Positions 49,044-58,923 of a stretch of DNA of 64,000 nucleotides are shown piece by piece. A program made the position numbers and the translations under genes. This DNA comes from Acutalibacteraceae bacterium (lineage in GTDB: Bacteria; Bacillota; Clostridia; Oscillospirales; Acutalibacteraceae). Each line of letters starts with the position of its first letter. Position 1 is the first letter of the stretch. The DNA lies in contig JAZRBF010000013.1 of NCBI GenBank assembly GCA_045634985.1, positions 23,450 to 87,449 on the forward strand, in the 5' to 3' direction. The notes below the pieces were generated by a model. It had not been told where the DNA came from. It worked only from the letters and a program-made list of their open reading frames with translations, and ran no database searches.

Positions 49044-51572
49044 TCAGATTTCTCCGAAGGTGTCATAATCCTCATATACATCGAAATCTTCGTCATCATC
49101 AAAAACATCATCGATATCAGGAGCGGCGCCCTGTGCGAGAGCCTGCATCTCATACCACTGCTGCTTTGAAACAAGGACAGCTCTGGGTTTTGCACCTTCG
49201 GGAGGACCGACAATGCCTTTTTCTTCAAGCTGATCCATAACTCGGGATGCTCTTGCATAACCGAGCTTAAGCTTTTTCTGGAGCATTGTTGTAGAGGCTG
49301 CGCCTGCGGTTACAACAACCTCAATTGCATCCTCAAGAAGAGGATCCCACTCGGTATCACCATCGTCATCAGCAGGCTTTTTCTTTGCATTTTCTGCTTC
49401 AGCGGCCTTGTTTTCAATTTCTCTGATGGTTTCTTCATTATAAGTAGTTGTTGTCTGCGATTTGATATGCGAAACAACGCTGAGCACTTCCTCATCAGAA
49501 ATAAAGCATCCCTGAACTCGGTTTGGCTTTGAACCAATCGGACAGAAGAGCATATCGCCGTAACCGAGAAGTTTTTCTGCGCCGCTTGTATCAATAATAA
49601 CTCTTGAATCGGTTGCAGAAGATACAGAAAGAGCAATTCTGCTGGGAATATTAGCCTTGATAAGACCTGTGATAACATCAACAGAAGGTCTCTGGGTTGC
49701 AATAACGAGATGGATGCCCGCGGCTCTTGCCTTCTGTGCAAGTCGGATGATTGAATCTTCAACTTCCTTGGGAGAAACCATCATAAGATCTGCAAGCTCA
49801 TCAATAAAGATAACAATCTGATGCATCTTTTTAAGCTCGGGCTTTGATTCACACAGAGTGTTGAACGCCTTGATATCTCTGACACTATACTCAGCAAACA
49901 AAGAATATCTTTTATCCATTTCAGCGGCTGCCCAACTGAGCGCACCTGCCGCCTTTCTCGGATTTGAAACAACGGGCACTTCGAGATGTGCAATGCCGTT
50001 ATACATCGAGAATTCAACCATCTTGGGGTCAATCATAACAAGCTTGACCTCATCCGGAGTTGCATTATAAAGAATGCTGACAATCATTGAGTTAAGGCAA
50101 ACAGATTTACCCGAGCCGGTTGTACCTGCTACAAGAATATGAGGCATCTTCGCAAGGTCAGCGCAGATAACATCGCCTGTGATATTCTTTCCGAGAGCAA
50201 CATTCAACTTGCTCGAAGAAGCTCTGAAAGCAGGGCTGTCAATGACTTCACGCATTGTAACCGTTGACTTTGTGCTGTTGGGCACTTCAATACCGATTGT
50301 GGAATTGTTGGAAACAGGAACAATACGCACGCTCGGAGCTGCAAGTCTGAGCGCGATATCATCAGCAAGATTGATGATTTTCTGAATTCTTACGCCCTCT
50401 TCAGGAGCAATCTCATATCGGGTAACCGAAGGGCCTCTTGTAATTTTTGTAACCTGAGCTTTGATTTTGAAGCTTTCAAGCGTGGAAAGAAGTTTAGCAG
50501 AGAAATGCTGATTCTCCGCCTCAATGTTTGTTACTCCGTCTTTCTTGACTTCTTTAAGACAATCAAGGGGCGGCATAACATAAAGAACAGTTCCCTTCTT
50601 GTCATCTGAAGCGATAACTTCAGGCTCTGTATCGGGTGCAGGAGGAGTTTTTATTCTTCGTCTGCTTTCTTTGGGTGCTTTTTTCTCGCCTGCATCTTCC
50701 TCGGATTCATCAGGCAATGCCACAACAGGAATTTCAGGCGTTTTCTCTTCTTCAGGGGTGAATGTTATAACAGGATCTTCCGCAGGAGTTGAGCTTTCGG
50801 GAATTTCTTCCTCTTCGATATCATCGGCAGAAATCGTAGGCTGCGGAGGAGGTGAAAATTTCTTTCTTTCTCTCTCTGCTTCTTCTCTTTCTGCGGCAAT
50901 TCTTTCGCGGCGCTCTTCTCTTTTTTCTGCACTGCGTTCAATTTTTTCGCTTGTAAATTCACCGATTTTCTTGACAGGTTTTTCAAAAAGAGAAACAATC
51001 GTATCAAGAGTTATACCTGTAACAATAAGGAATGTGCAGACAAGAAGGATAATCGAAACAATCATTGCAGGAACCTTGCCGATACCGATGGCAAGAGAAC
51101 CGCCAAGCAATGCGCCAAGAAGTCCGCCACCCTTCGCAGGAGTTTCACTTTCCCAGATATCAACGAACTGCTGACCCCACTCTATAGTTGCAAAATACTC
51201 TTTACTATTGAATGCAATATGCAACACAGAACACAGGAACGCAATCAGCGCACCGATACCAATCACATATTTGAGCCATTTTTTACCTTCTTCACCCTTC
51301 GAATAAACAAAGGTTGCATAAACCATATAAAATGTCACAGGCACTGTAAGGAATCCAAAAAGCGCATAAAATTTGTTATGCATCCAGGTCCAGACACTCT
51401 GTCCCTCAATAATCGCAACGAAGAACAGAAGCACAGCCACACCGATAAGAACAACCGAAACTATTTGTCTGTTTTTTTCTTCCTCGGTAAGCTTACGCTT
51501 CTTGTTATTTTTCGCTTTTGACGAGGTAGGTTTCTTTTTTGACGAAGCAGGTTTTTTAGTGGAACTTGCCAT
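49044..51572 (-). CDS. ftsK: DNA translocase FtsK/SpoIIIE
   Basis: N-terminal TMs, 'PHILVAGTTGSGKS', 'IDELADLMM', 'ATQRPS', gamma domain 'GYARASR'. Confidence 0.96.
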   Translation of the reverse strand: MASSTKKPASSKKKPTSSKAKNNKKRKLTEEEKNRQIVSVVLIGVAVLLFFVAIIEGQSVWTWMHNKFYALFGFLTVPVTFYMVYATFVYSKGEEGKKWLKYVIGIGALIAFLCSVLHIAFNSKEYFATIEWGQQFVDIWESETPAKGGGLLGALLGGSLAIGIGKVPAMIVSIILLVCTFLIVTGITLDTIVSLFEKPVKKIGEFTSEKIERSAEKREERRERIAAEREEAERERKKFSPPPQPTISADDIEEEEIPESSTPAEDPVITFTPEEEKTPEIPVVALPDESEEDAGEKKAPKESRRRIKTPPAPDTEPEVIASDDKKGTVLYVMPPLDCLKEVKKDGVTNIEAENQHFSAKLLSTLESFKIKAQVTKITRGPSVTRYEIAPEEGVRIQKIINLADDIALRLAAPSVRIVPVSNNSTIGIEVPNSTKSTVTMREVIDSPAFRASSSKLNVALGKNITGDVICADLAKMPHILVAGTTGSGKSVCLNSMIVSILYNATPDEVKLVMIDPKMVEFSMYNGIAHLEVPVVSNPRKAAGALSWAAAEMDKRYSLFAEYSVRDIKAFNTLCESKPELKKMHQIVIFIDELADLMMVSPKEVEDSIIRLAQKARAAGIHLVIATQRPSVDVITGLIKANIPSRIALSVSSATDSRVIIDTSGAEKLLGYGDMLFCPIGSKPNRVQGCFISDEEVLSVVSHIKSQTTTTYNEETIREIENKAAEAENAKKKPADDDGDTEWDPLLEDAIEVVVTAGAASTTMLQKKLKLGYARASRVMDQLEEKGIVGPPEGAKPRAVLVSKQQWYEMQALAQGAAPDIDDVFDDDEDFDVYEDYDTFGEI

Positions 51573-51604
51573 TAATTTTATCCTTCCTTTTATAGAATTA
51601 TCAT

Positions 51605-52369
51605 TCAAAGATTTTTGTTTTTATTGTTATTTTCAATCATTCCGTAAAGGCATTCAAGCGCCTCTGACAAAGAACCGATTGAGTCAATCAGACCTTCGCT
51701 GACCGCTTTTTCACCCTCAAGGACTGTGCCGACATCGAGAACGAGTTCGCCAGTTGCGAGCATCAGTTCTCTGAATCTGTCTGCCGATATATCCGAATTA
51801 TCGGAAACAAAGCGAACAATCCTCTCCTGCATCTGTTCAAAATACGAAAGTGTCTGCGGCACACCGAGAACAAGTCCGTTCATTCTCACAGGATGCACCG
51901 TCATTGTTGCTGACGGAGTTATGAATGATTTATCTGCCGACACAGCAAGAGGAACACCGATTGAATGACCTCCGCCGAGCACAAGAGAAACACTCGGTGT
52001 TTTCATTCCGCTTATCAATTCTGCAATTGCAAGACCCGCTTCGATATCACCGCCGACAGTATTCAGAATAAGCATCAGCCCATCGACACAATCGCTCTCT
52101 TCAACAGCAATAAGCTGCGGGATAACGTGTTCATATTTTGTAGTTTTATTTTGTGCAGGCAGAATATAATGCCCCTCAATCTGACCGATTACAGTCAGAC
52201 AATGGATAACACAATCGCCTTTCTTCACTGTGATTGATCCTGTTTCAATAATGTTGCTCATCGCATCGCTGAAACCTGATTCGGAATTACTTCCCGTACA
52301 ATCAGGAGCAGACCACGAAGGCGGCGAAATATAAAAATTTTCCTTTTTCTCATTTCTGTTTTTTCTCAC
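51605..52369 (-). CDS. tepA: ClpP-like translocation-enhancing protein TepA
   Basis: 'IGQIEGH', 'TTKYEHVIPQL', 'NTVGGD', 'LGGGHSIGVPLAVS'; lies upstream of spoIIIE as in Bacillus. Confidence 0.9.
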   Translation of the reverse strand: MRKNRNEKKENFYISPPSWSAPDCTGSNSESGFSDAMSNIIETGSITVKKGDCVIHCLTVIGQIEGHYILPAQNKTTKYEHVIPQLIAVEESDCVDGLMLILNTVGGDIEAGLAIAELISGMKTPSVSLVLGGGHSIGVPLAVSADKSFITPSATMTVHPVRMNGLVLGVPQTLSYFEQMQERIVRFVSDNSDISADRFRELMLATGELVLDVGTVLEGEKAVSEGLIDSIGSLSEALECLYGMIENNNKNKNL

Positions 52370-52403
52370 GAAAAACTTCCTTTCACAAACATTTTTATGA
52401 AGT

Positions 52404-52432
52404 TAGTATTCGTAAATCAAACAAAAATAGAC
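52404..52432 (-). promoter_or_regulatory. Possible forespore (sigmaG-like) promoter of tepA
   Basis: GTCTA, 17 nt, AATACTA on the minus strand; partial match to consensus. Confidence 0.3.
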
Positions 52433-52542
52433 ACAATCGGGCATTTTCTAAATTATAACACCGCAAAGAATTTTTTGCAACTGATAAACGCAATATTTTG
52501 TATTATATTTGTTAATTTTTTCAATATATGTTGGATATTCCT

Positions 52543-52580
52543 AAAAAAACAGACCCTTCCGTAACGGAAAGGTCTGAAAA
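52543..52580 (-). terminator. Terminator after fhs
   Basis: CAGACC(C)TTCCG-TAA-CGGAAAGGTCTG with a T run on the minus strand. Confidence 0.75.
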
Positions 52581-52590
52581 ATATTTTTTA

Positions 52591-54258
52591 TCAGAAGAGG
52601 CCGCTGATTCTGCCGTTTTCATCAACATCAATTTTCTCTGCTGCAGGCACTTTAGGAAGACCGGGCATAGTCATAATATCGCCTGTAAGAACAACGATGA
52701 AGCCTGCACCTGCTGATACTTTTACATTTTTGATGGTAACGGTAAAGTTTTCGGGAGCGCCGAGCTTTGTTGCGTCATCCGAGAAGCTGTACTGTGTTTT
52801 TGCAACGCAGATAGGAAGGTCTGCATAGCCGTTTGCAACAAGAGTTGCAATCTGCTTCTTCGCAGCAGGAAGAACTGTTATTCCGTCGCCGCCGTAAACC
52901 TTCTTTACAACCGCTTCAATCTTCTCTTCGATTGTGCAATCAAGTTCATATGAGAAGGTGAAATCGTTAGGTTGTTCGCAAAGAGCAACAACTTCTTTTG
53001 CAAGTTCCTCGCCACCCTTGCCGCCTTCTGCCCAGACATTTGAGAGAACAACATTTACACCGAGTTCCTTGCACTTTTCGATAATAAGTTCAACCTCTGC
53101 ATCGGTGTCTGTGGGGAAACGGTTAACCGCAACAACAGAAGGAAGCTTATAAACATTCTTGATATTTGATACGTGGCGAAGAAGGTTGGGAATACCCTTC
53201 TCAAGAGCCTCAAGATTCTCTGTGCCAAGCTCTGTTTTTGCAAGTCCGCCATGCATTTTGAGAGCTCTGATTGTTGCAACAATAACAACTGCATCAGGCT
53301 TGAGACCTGCGTAACGGCACTTGATATCAAGGAACTTTTCTGCACCGAGATCAGCACCGAAACCTGCTTCTGTTACTGCATAATCGCCGAGTTTCATTGC
53401 AAGTTTTGTTGCCATAACAGAGTTACAACCGTGAGCAATATTTGCAAAGGGTCCGCCGTGAACAAGCGCAGGTGTGCCTTCAAGAGTCTGAACAAGATTG
53501 GGTTTGAGAGCATCCTTGAGAAGAGCTGTCATTGCACCTGCAGCATTAAGTTCACCTGCAGTAACAGGCTTCTCATCGTATGTATAACCGACAATGATTC
53601 TTGAAAGTCTTTCTTTAAGGTCGGTGATTGATGTTGCAAGGCAAAGAACTGCCATAATTTCAGATGCAACGGTAATATCGTAACCATCTTCTCTGGGCAC
53701 GCCGTTGACTCTGCCGCCGAGACCGTCGGTAACAAAACGAGGCTGTCTGTCATTCATATCAACGCAACGCTTCCAGGTAATTCTTCTGGGGTCAATATTG
53801 AGTGAGTTGCCCTGATAAATGTGGTTATCAAGCATAGCTGCAAGAAGGTTGTTTGCCGCACCGATTGCGTGGAAGTCACCTGTGAAATGGAGGTTGATAT
53901 CTTCCATAGGAACAACCTGCGCATAGCCGCCGCCTGCAGCACCGCCTTTAACACCGAAAACAGGACCGAGAGAAGGCTCGCGAAGAGCTACCATAACATT
54001 TTTGCCGATTCTTCTCATACCGTCAGCAAGACCGATTGTGGTTGTGGTTTTACCCTCGCCGGCAGGTGTGGGAGTGATTGCGGTAACAAGGATGAGCTTA
54101 CCCTCTTTTCTGTCGCTTTCCTTAAGAAGTGAAAGATCAACCTTTGCTTTGTAGTTGCCGTACTGCTCAAGATATCTGCTGTCAATCCCTGCAGTTTCCG
54201 CAATTTCGGTAATAGGTTTCATTTTAACGGACTGAGCAATTTCGATATCGGTCATCAT
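52591..54258 (-). CDS. fhs: Formate-tetrahydrofolate ligase
   Basis: '[12 protein letters not shown]', '[12 protein letters not shown]', '[11 protein letters not shown]', 'TMPGLP'. Confidence 0.97.
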   Translation of the reverse strand: MMTDIEIAQSVKMKPITEIAETAGIDSRYLEQYGNYKAKVDLSLLKESDRKEGKLILVTAITPTPAGEGKTTTTIGLADGMRRIGKNVMVALREPSLGPVFGVKGGAAGGGYAQVVPMEDINLHFTGDFHAIGAANNLLAAMLDNHIYQGNSLNIDPRRITWKRCVDMNDRQPRFVTDGLGGRVNGVPREDGYDITVASEIMAVLCLATSITDLKERLSRIIVGYTYDEKPVTAGELNAAGAMTALLKDALKPNLVQTLEGTPALVHGGPFANIAHGCNSVMATKLAMKLGDYAVTEAGFGADLGAEKFLDIKCRYAGLKPDAVVIVATIRALKMHGGLAKTELGTENLEALEKGIPNLLRHVSNIKNVYKLPSVVAVNRFPTDTDAEVELIIEKCKELGVNVVLSNVWAEGGKGGEELAKEVVALCEQPNDFTFSYELDCTIEEKIEAVVKKVYGGDGITVLPAAKKQIATLVANGYADLPICVAKTQYSFSDDATKLGAPENFTVTIKNVKVSAGAGFIVVLTGDIMTMPGLPKVPAAEKIDVDENGRISGLF

Positions 54259-54321
54259 AGTGATACGCATCCCTTCTGATAGATAGTCTGATTAACTGAC
54301 CGTTTTGCCATAAAAACAAAC

Positions 54322-54354
54322 AAAGACAGTCCCATCACAATTGACAGAACTGCC
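54322..54354 (-). terminator. Riboswitch-controlled intrinsic terminator in the fhs leader
   Basis: GGCAGTTCTGTCA-ATTG-TGATGGGACTGTC then TTTGTTTGTTTTT; its 5' arm overlaps the aptamer's 3' GGGCA. Confidence 0.8.
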
Positions 54355-54428
54355 CAGACGGTCGACATAAAAACAGATTTTTTGCTCCTTTGCAGTACTC
54401 TGCCAAATCCGTCAGTTGCAAAAAATCT
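54351..54428 (-). ncRNA. ZMP/ZTP (pfl) riboswitch aptamer
   Basis: Minus strand: P1 GATTTTTTGC/GCAAAAAATC, AACTGACGGA junction, P2 GCAG-AGTA-CTGC, GGAGC, 3' GTCGACCGTCTGGGCA; pseudoknot GACGG/CCGTC. fhs is a classic ZTP target. Confidence 0.9.
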
Positions 54429-54446
54429 TCTTCAATTTATGACTGA

Positions 54447-54475
54447 ATTTTATCATAGTATCCGTAAAATGTCAA
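54447..54475 (-). promoter_or_regulatory. SigmaA promoter of the ZTP-fhs transcript
   Basis: TTGACA (54470-54475), 17 nt, TGaTAAAAT. Confidence 0.75.
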
Positions 54476-54600
54476 GCGGTTATAACCTGTGATTTTTCGT
54501 CTTTTCGGTCATATTAAACAATCAGAATCCGCCGTATGATTACCGATGGTTTACAAAACAATAAAATTTGTAAAGTTAAATAGAAATTGCGAATAAAGTA

Positions 54601-54629
54601 TTGTTTTGAATAAAATATTGTGATATACT
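54601..54629 (+). promoter_or_regulatory. SigmaA promoter of the oxidoreductase operon
   Basis: TTGTTT, 17 nt, TGaTATACT. Confidence 0.55.
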
Positions 54630-54665
54630 CATTAGTCGGAAATTAATATTACGGAGGTTTTATTC

Positions 54666-56096
54666 ATGAATTATGATGTTGCCGTTATAGGTGCAGGCGT
54701 AATCGGCTCTCTCATCGCCCGTGAGCTCAGCCGTTACGATGTAAGCGTTGCACTTGTTGAAAAATGCAACGATATGGCTATGGCTACTTCTAAAGCCAAC
54801 AGCGCAATTGTTCATGCCGGTTTCGATGCAAAGCCCGGTTCAATGAAAGCAAAAATGAATGTCGAAGGTACAGCACTTATGCCTGCATTATGCAAGGAAT
54901 TAAGCGTACCCTTCAAGCCTGTAGGCTCACTCGTTGTCGCTTTCTCTGACGAGGAAATGGTTACCCTCAACGAACTTCTCGAAAGAGGTAAGGGAAACGG
55001 CGTACCCGGTCTTGAAATTTATGATGTTACAAAACTTCGCGAGGAAGAACCTTTTATCAGCGAAGAAGCCAAAGGCGCTCTTTGGGCACCTTCAGCAGGT
55101 ATTGTCTGCCCCTACGAGCTTACAATCGCCGCAGTTGAAAACGCGGTAGTCAACGGCACCGAATTCATCCGTAATTTTGAAGTTAAAAAGATTGATTTTG
55201 CTGACGGTATCTTCACTCTTTCAAACGGTGAATCTGAAATCAGCGCAAAATATGTTGTCAACGCCGCAGGCGTTTTCTGCGATGAAATCGCCGCTCTTAT
55301 CGGTGACAATTCAATCTGCACAATGCCCAGAAAGGGCGAATATATGCTCTGTGACAAATCAATCGGTCACCTTGCAAATCACACAATTTTCCAGTGCCCC
55401 TCAAAGATGGGTAAAGGTATTCTTGTCACTCCCACAGTTGACGGCAACCTTCTTATCGGTCCGAGCGCACTTGACATTGAAGATAAAACTGATGTAACAA
55501 CAACCGCCGGTACTCTTGCAGATGTCCTCACAGCCGCAAAGAGATCTGTTCCCTGCCTTACAACAAGAGAAGTTATCACTTCATTTGCAGGTCTGAGAGC
55601 TCATTGCACAAGAGATGATTTCATTATCGAACCCAGCGAAAAGAACGCACAGTTCATCAACGTTGCAGGCATCGAATCACCCGGTCTTTCATCCGCTCCT
55701 GCAATCGGTCTTTATGTCAAAGATATGCTCATCAAGGAACTCGGCGCAAGCGAAAAGGCAGACTTCAAAGCCGAAAGAGAAGAGCCTGTCCGCTTCAGAC
55801 ATATGAGCAACGAAGAACGCAAAGCAATCATTGCAAAGAATCCTGCTTACGGCAGAATCATCTGTCGCTGCGAAACAATCACAGAGGGTGAAATCCTCGA
55901 CGCAATCCACGCTCCTGCAGGTGCAAGAGATGTTGACGGCGTAAAACGCAGAACAAGAGCTGGTATGGGTCGTTGTCAGGGTGGCTTCTGCGGCTCAAAA
56001 GTTGTTGAGCTTCTTGCGAGAGAATTTGGCGTTGAAATCAACGAAATCACCAAATGCGGCGGAAATTCAAAAATTCTTTATGACAGAACAAAGTGA
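54666..56096 (+). CDS. FAD-dependent oxidoreductase, GlpA/LhgO-like (putative glycerol-3-phosphate dehydrogenase) with a BFD-like [2Fe-2S] domain
   Basis: 'VIGAGVIG', 'TSKANSAIVHAG', 'GIESPGL', 'ICRCE...RAGMGRCQGGFC'. Confidence 0.85.
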   Translation: MNYDVAVIGAGVIGSLIARELSRYDVSVALVEKCNDMAMATSKANSAIVHAGFDAKPGSMKAKMNVEGTALMPALCKELSVPFKPVGSLVVAFSDEEMVTLNELLERGKGNGVPGLEIYDVTKLREEEPFISEEAKGALWAPSAGIVCPYELTIAAVENAVVNGTEFIRNFEVKKIDFADGIFTLSNGESEISAKYVVNAAGVFCDEIAALIGDNSICTMPRKGEYMLCDKSIGHLANHTIFQCPSKMGKGILVTPTVDGNLLIGPSALDIEDKTDVTTTAGTLADVLTAAKRSVPCLTTREVITSFAGLRAHCTRDDFIIEPSEKNAQFINVAGIESPGLSSAPAIGLYVKDMLIKELGASEKADFKAEREEPVRFRHMSNEERKAIIAKNPAYGRIICRCETITEGEILDAIHAPAGARDVDGVKRRTRAGMGRCQGGFCGSKVVELLAREFGVEINEITKCGGNSKILYDRTK

Positions 56097-56106
56097 GGCG
56101 GAGATT

Positions 56107-57360
56107 ATGCTTAATTATGATATAGTTGTTATCGGCGGCGGTCCCGCAGGTATGGCGGCTGCGCTCAAAGCAAAGGAATGCGGCGTTGACAGCATCCTTA
56201 TTCTCGAAAGAGCCGAAACCCTCGGCGGTATTCTTGAGCAGTGCATACATACAGGCTTCGGTCTCCACTACTTTGGCGAAGAGCTTTCGGGTCCCGAATA
56301 TGCCGACAGATTCATTTCTCTCGTTGACGAGCAGAAAATCGAATATAAAACAGATACAATGGCTCTTGAAATCACAGAAAACAATGTGGTTTATGCCGTA
56401 AACAAAACTGACGGTCTGCTTGAGATTCAGGCAAAGGCTGTTATCCTCGCAATGGGTTGCCGTGAAAGACCCAGAGGCGCACTCAACATCGCAGGCTCAA
56501 GAGCATCAGGTGTTATGAGCGCAGGTACTGCACAGAAGTATGTCAACATTGACGGCTATATGCCCGGCAAAAAGGTTGTTATTCTCGGCTCGGGTGATAT
56601 CGGTCTTATTATGGCACGCCGTATGACTCTTGAAGGCGCAGAAGTCAAGGTTGTATGCGAACTTATGCCCTATTCAAGCGGTCTTACAAGAAACATCGTT
56701 CAGTGCCTTGATGACTTCAACATCCCCCTTCGTCTGAGCTGCACCGTTATCGGTATCCACGGCAAGGACAGAGTTGAAGGCGTTACAATCGCAAACGTTG
56801 ACGAAAATCGCAGACCTATCCCCGGCACAGAAGAATATATCGAATGCGATACTCTTCTTCTTTCCGTTGGTCTTATCCCCGAAAATGAGCTGACACGAGC
56901 AGTCGGAATTGAGCTTGACCCCGTTACAAGCGGTGCTGTTGTTGATGAAAACAGAGAAACATCACACAAGGGTGTTTTCGCTTGCGGCAATGTTCTTCAT
57001 GTTCACGATCTTGTTGACTATGTTACTCTTGAAAGCCAGACCGCAGGCGAAGGCGCAGCAAAATTCGTTCTCGGCGGCGACAATAAGCCTGAATATATCA
57101 CAACAAAGGGCGTCAGCGGTGTGCGTTACATCGTGCCCCAGAAGGTAAACATCAAAAATGAAGGCGATGTAAAACTCTATTTCAGAGTCGGTCAGGTTTA
57201 TAAAAACGCAAAAACCGTTGTTAAATATAACGGCGAAGAAATCATCACCAAAAAGAGACCCCGTCTTGCACCCGGCGAAATGGAAAGCGTTATCATCAAG
57301 AATGAAATGCTTAAAGGCTTTGCCGAGGGCGGCGTAATTGAAATTTCGGTAGAGGAGTGA
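56107..57360 (+). CDS. NAD(P)/FAD-dependent pyridine nucleotide-disulfide oxidoreductase (partner subunit)
   Basis: 'IGGGPAG', 'GGILEQCIH', 'AMGCRER', 'ILGSGDIGLIMARR', 'CGNVLHVHDLVD'. Confidence 0.88.
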   Translation: MLNYDIVVIGGGPAGMAAALKAKECGVDSILILERAETLGGILEQCIHTGFGLHYFGEELSGPEYADRFISLVDEQKIEYKTDTMALEITENNVVYAVNKTDGLLEIQAKAVILAMGCRERPRGALNIAGSRASGVMSAGTAQKYVNIDGYMPGKKVVILGSGDIGLIMARRMTLEGAEVKVVCELMPYSSGLTRNIVQCLDDFNIPLRLSCTVIGIHGKDRVEGVTIANVDENRRPIPGTEEYIECDTLLLSVGLIPENELTRAVGIELDPVTSGAVVDENRETSHKGVFACGNVLHVHDLVDYVTLESQTAGEGAAKFVLGGDNKPEYITTKGVSGVRYIVPQKVNIKNEGDVKLYFRVGQVYKNAKTVVKYNGEEIITKKRPRLAPGEMESVIIKNEMLKGFAEGGVIEISVEE

Positions 57361-57365
57361 TTGAA

Positions 57366-57731
57366 ATGCAGAAAAACATTATTTGCGTAGCTTGTCCTAT
57401 GGGTTGCGGCGTTACTGTTGAACTCGATGACAACGGCACAATTGTTTCCGTTACAGGCAACACTTGCAAAAGAGGCGATGCATACGCCAGAACAGAAATC
57501 ACAAATCCCGTAAGAAGTCTCGCTACAACCGTTAAGGTTGATGGCGGTGTTTTCAATGTTGTTCCCTGCAAATCATCATCAGCTCTTCCCAAAGATAAGA
57601 TTTTTGATTGCATGGAAGTAATCAACAATGTTTCTGCCAAAGCTCCCGTTAAGCTTGGCGATGTTCTTGTTTCCGACATTCTCGGTACAGGTGTTGACAT
57701 TGTTGCTACAAATCATTGCCCCATTAAATAA
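57366..57731 (+). CDS. DUF1667-family CxxC metal-binding protein
   Basis: 'CVACPMGC...GNTCKRG...NPVR'; third gene of the conserved trio. Confidence 0.85.
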   Translation: MQKNIICVACPMGCGVTVELDDNGTIVSVTGNTCKRGDAYARTEITNPVRSLATTVKVDGGVFNVVPCKSSSALPKDKIFDCMEVINNVSAKAPVKLGDVLVSDILGTGVDIVATNHCPIK

Positions 57732-57735
57732 TTTC

Positions 57736-57766
57736 AGCGGCGGAGCCATTGGCTTCGCCGTTTTTT
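57736..57766 (+). terminator. Intrinsic terminator
   Basis: CGGCGGAGCC-ATT-GGCTTCGCCG-TTTTTT. Confidence 0.85.
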
Positions 57767-57905
57767 CTGCAAAAAATTATGATAAAAAATTTCAAATTCT
57801 TCCTTTTTAGGGGTTTATTTATTGAAAATAATATGATATAATATATCGAATATAATAAGGTTAATGCGGTCTTTATTCATTATGACAAATAATTTGAATA
57901 AACAT

Positions 57906-57964
57906 TATGCATATATATGCAACTAAACGTTGACCTTTCCTGTAGTTTTGTTTATAATTATTCA
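57906..57964 (+). promoter_or_regulatory. argF-carB sigmaA promoter with ARG-box-like (ArgR/AhrC) operators
   Basis: Perfect palindrome TGCATATATATGCA (57908-57921); TTGACC (57930), 17 nt, TATAAT (57953); second box-like TTTATAATTATTCA (57951-57964) over the -10. Confidence 0.7.
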
Positions 57965-57990
57965 CAGATATTGCATGATCGGAGGAAATT

Positions 57991-58902
57991 ATGGAAAACA
58001 AGCATTTACTTAAGCTCATGGACCTGAGCACCGAAGAAATCAATGAGATTCTCAATCTCGCAGACCAGCTCAAGTACGAAAAGAAAAACGGCATTGAGCA
58101 TCACCTTCTCAAAGGCAAGACTCTCGGTATGATTTTTGCAAAATCATCAACAAGAACAAGAGTTTCCTTTGAAGTCGGTATGTATGACCTCGGCGGTCAG
58201 GCTCTTTTCCTCAGCTCACACGACATTCAGCTCGGCAGAGGCGAACCTGTTAATGACACAGCAAGAGTTCTTTCGGGTTATCTTGACGGCATTATGATCA
58301 GAACCTTTGATCAGAGCGATGTTGAAACTCTCGCAGAATTCGGCTCAATTCCGATCATCAACGGTCTTACAGACTATTGCCACCCCTGCCAGGTACTCGC
58401 AGACCTTATGACAATCCGCGAATTCAGAGGCGCCATCAAAGGCAACAAGCTCTGCTACATCGGTGATGGTAACAATATGGCAAATTCACTCATCGTTGGC
58501 GGTATTAAGATGGGTATGAGCGTAAGCATCGGTTGCCCCGACGGCTACAAACCCGATGCCGAAATTATGAAGTGGGCTTCAGAAAACGGTGATTTCACCT
58601 GCACAAGCGATATTTTCGAAGCTGCAAAGGATGCCGATGTTCTTTACACAGACGTATGGGCATCAATGGGTCAGGAAGCTGAAGCTGAAGAACGCAAAAA
58701 GATTTTTGCCGGCTATCAGATTAATGACAGCGTTATGGCTGTTGCAAAGTCTGACGCAATGGTTCTTCACTGTCTTCCTGCACATCGCGAAGAAGAAATC
58801 ACAGCAAAGGTATTTGAAGAACACGCAAGAGAAATTTTTGAAGAAGCTGAAAACAGACTCCACGCACAGAAGGCTGTTCTCGTAAAGCTTCTTAAAGACT
58901 GA
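57991..58902 (+). CDS. argF: Ornithine carbamoyltransferase
   Basis: 'STRTR', 'HPCQ', 'DVWASMG', 'HCLP', 'AENRLH'. Confidence 0.96.
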   Translation: MENKHLLKLMDLSTEEINEILNLADQLKYEKKNGIEHHLLKGKTLGMIFAKSSTRTRVSFEVGMYDLGGQALFLSSHDIQLGRGEPVNDTARVLSGYLDGIMIRTFDQSDVETLAEFGSIPIINGLTDYCHPCQVLADLMTIREFRGAIKGNKLCYIGDGNNMANSLIVGGIKMGMSVSIGCPDGYKPDAEIMKWASENGDFTCTSDIFEAAKDADVLYTDVWASMGQEAEAEERKKIFAGYQINDSVMAVAKSDAMVLHCLPAHREEEITAKVFEEHAREIFEEAENRLHAQKAVLVKLLKD

Positions 58903-58923
58903 TAAATAAAGGGAGGAAATGCA

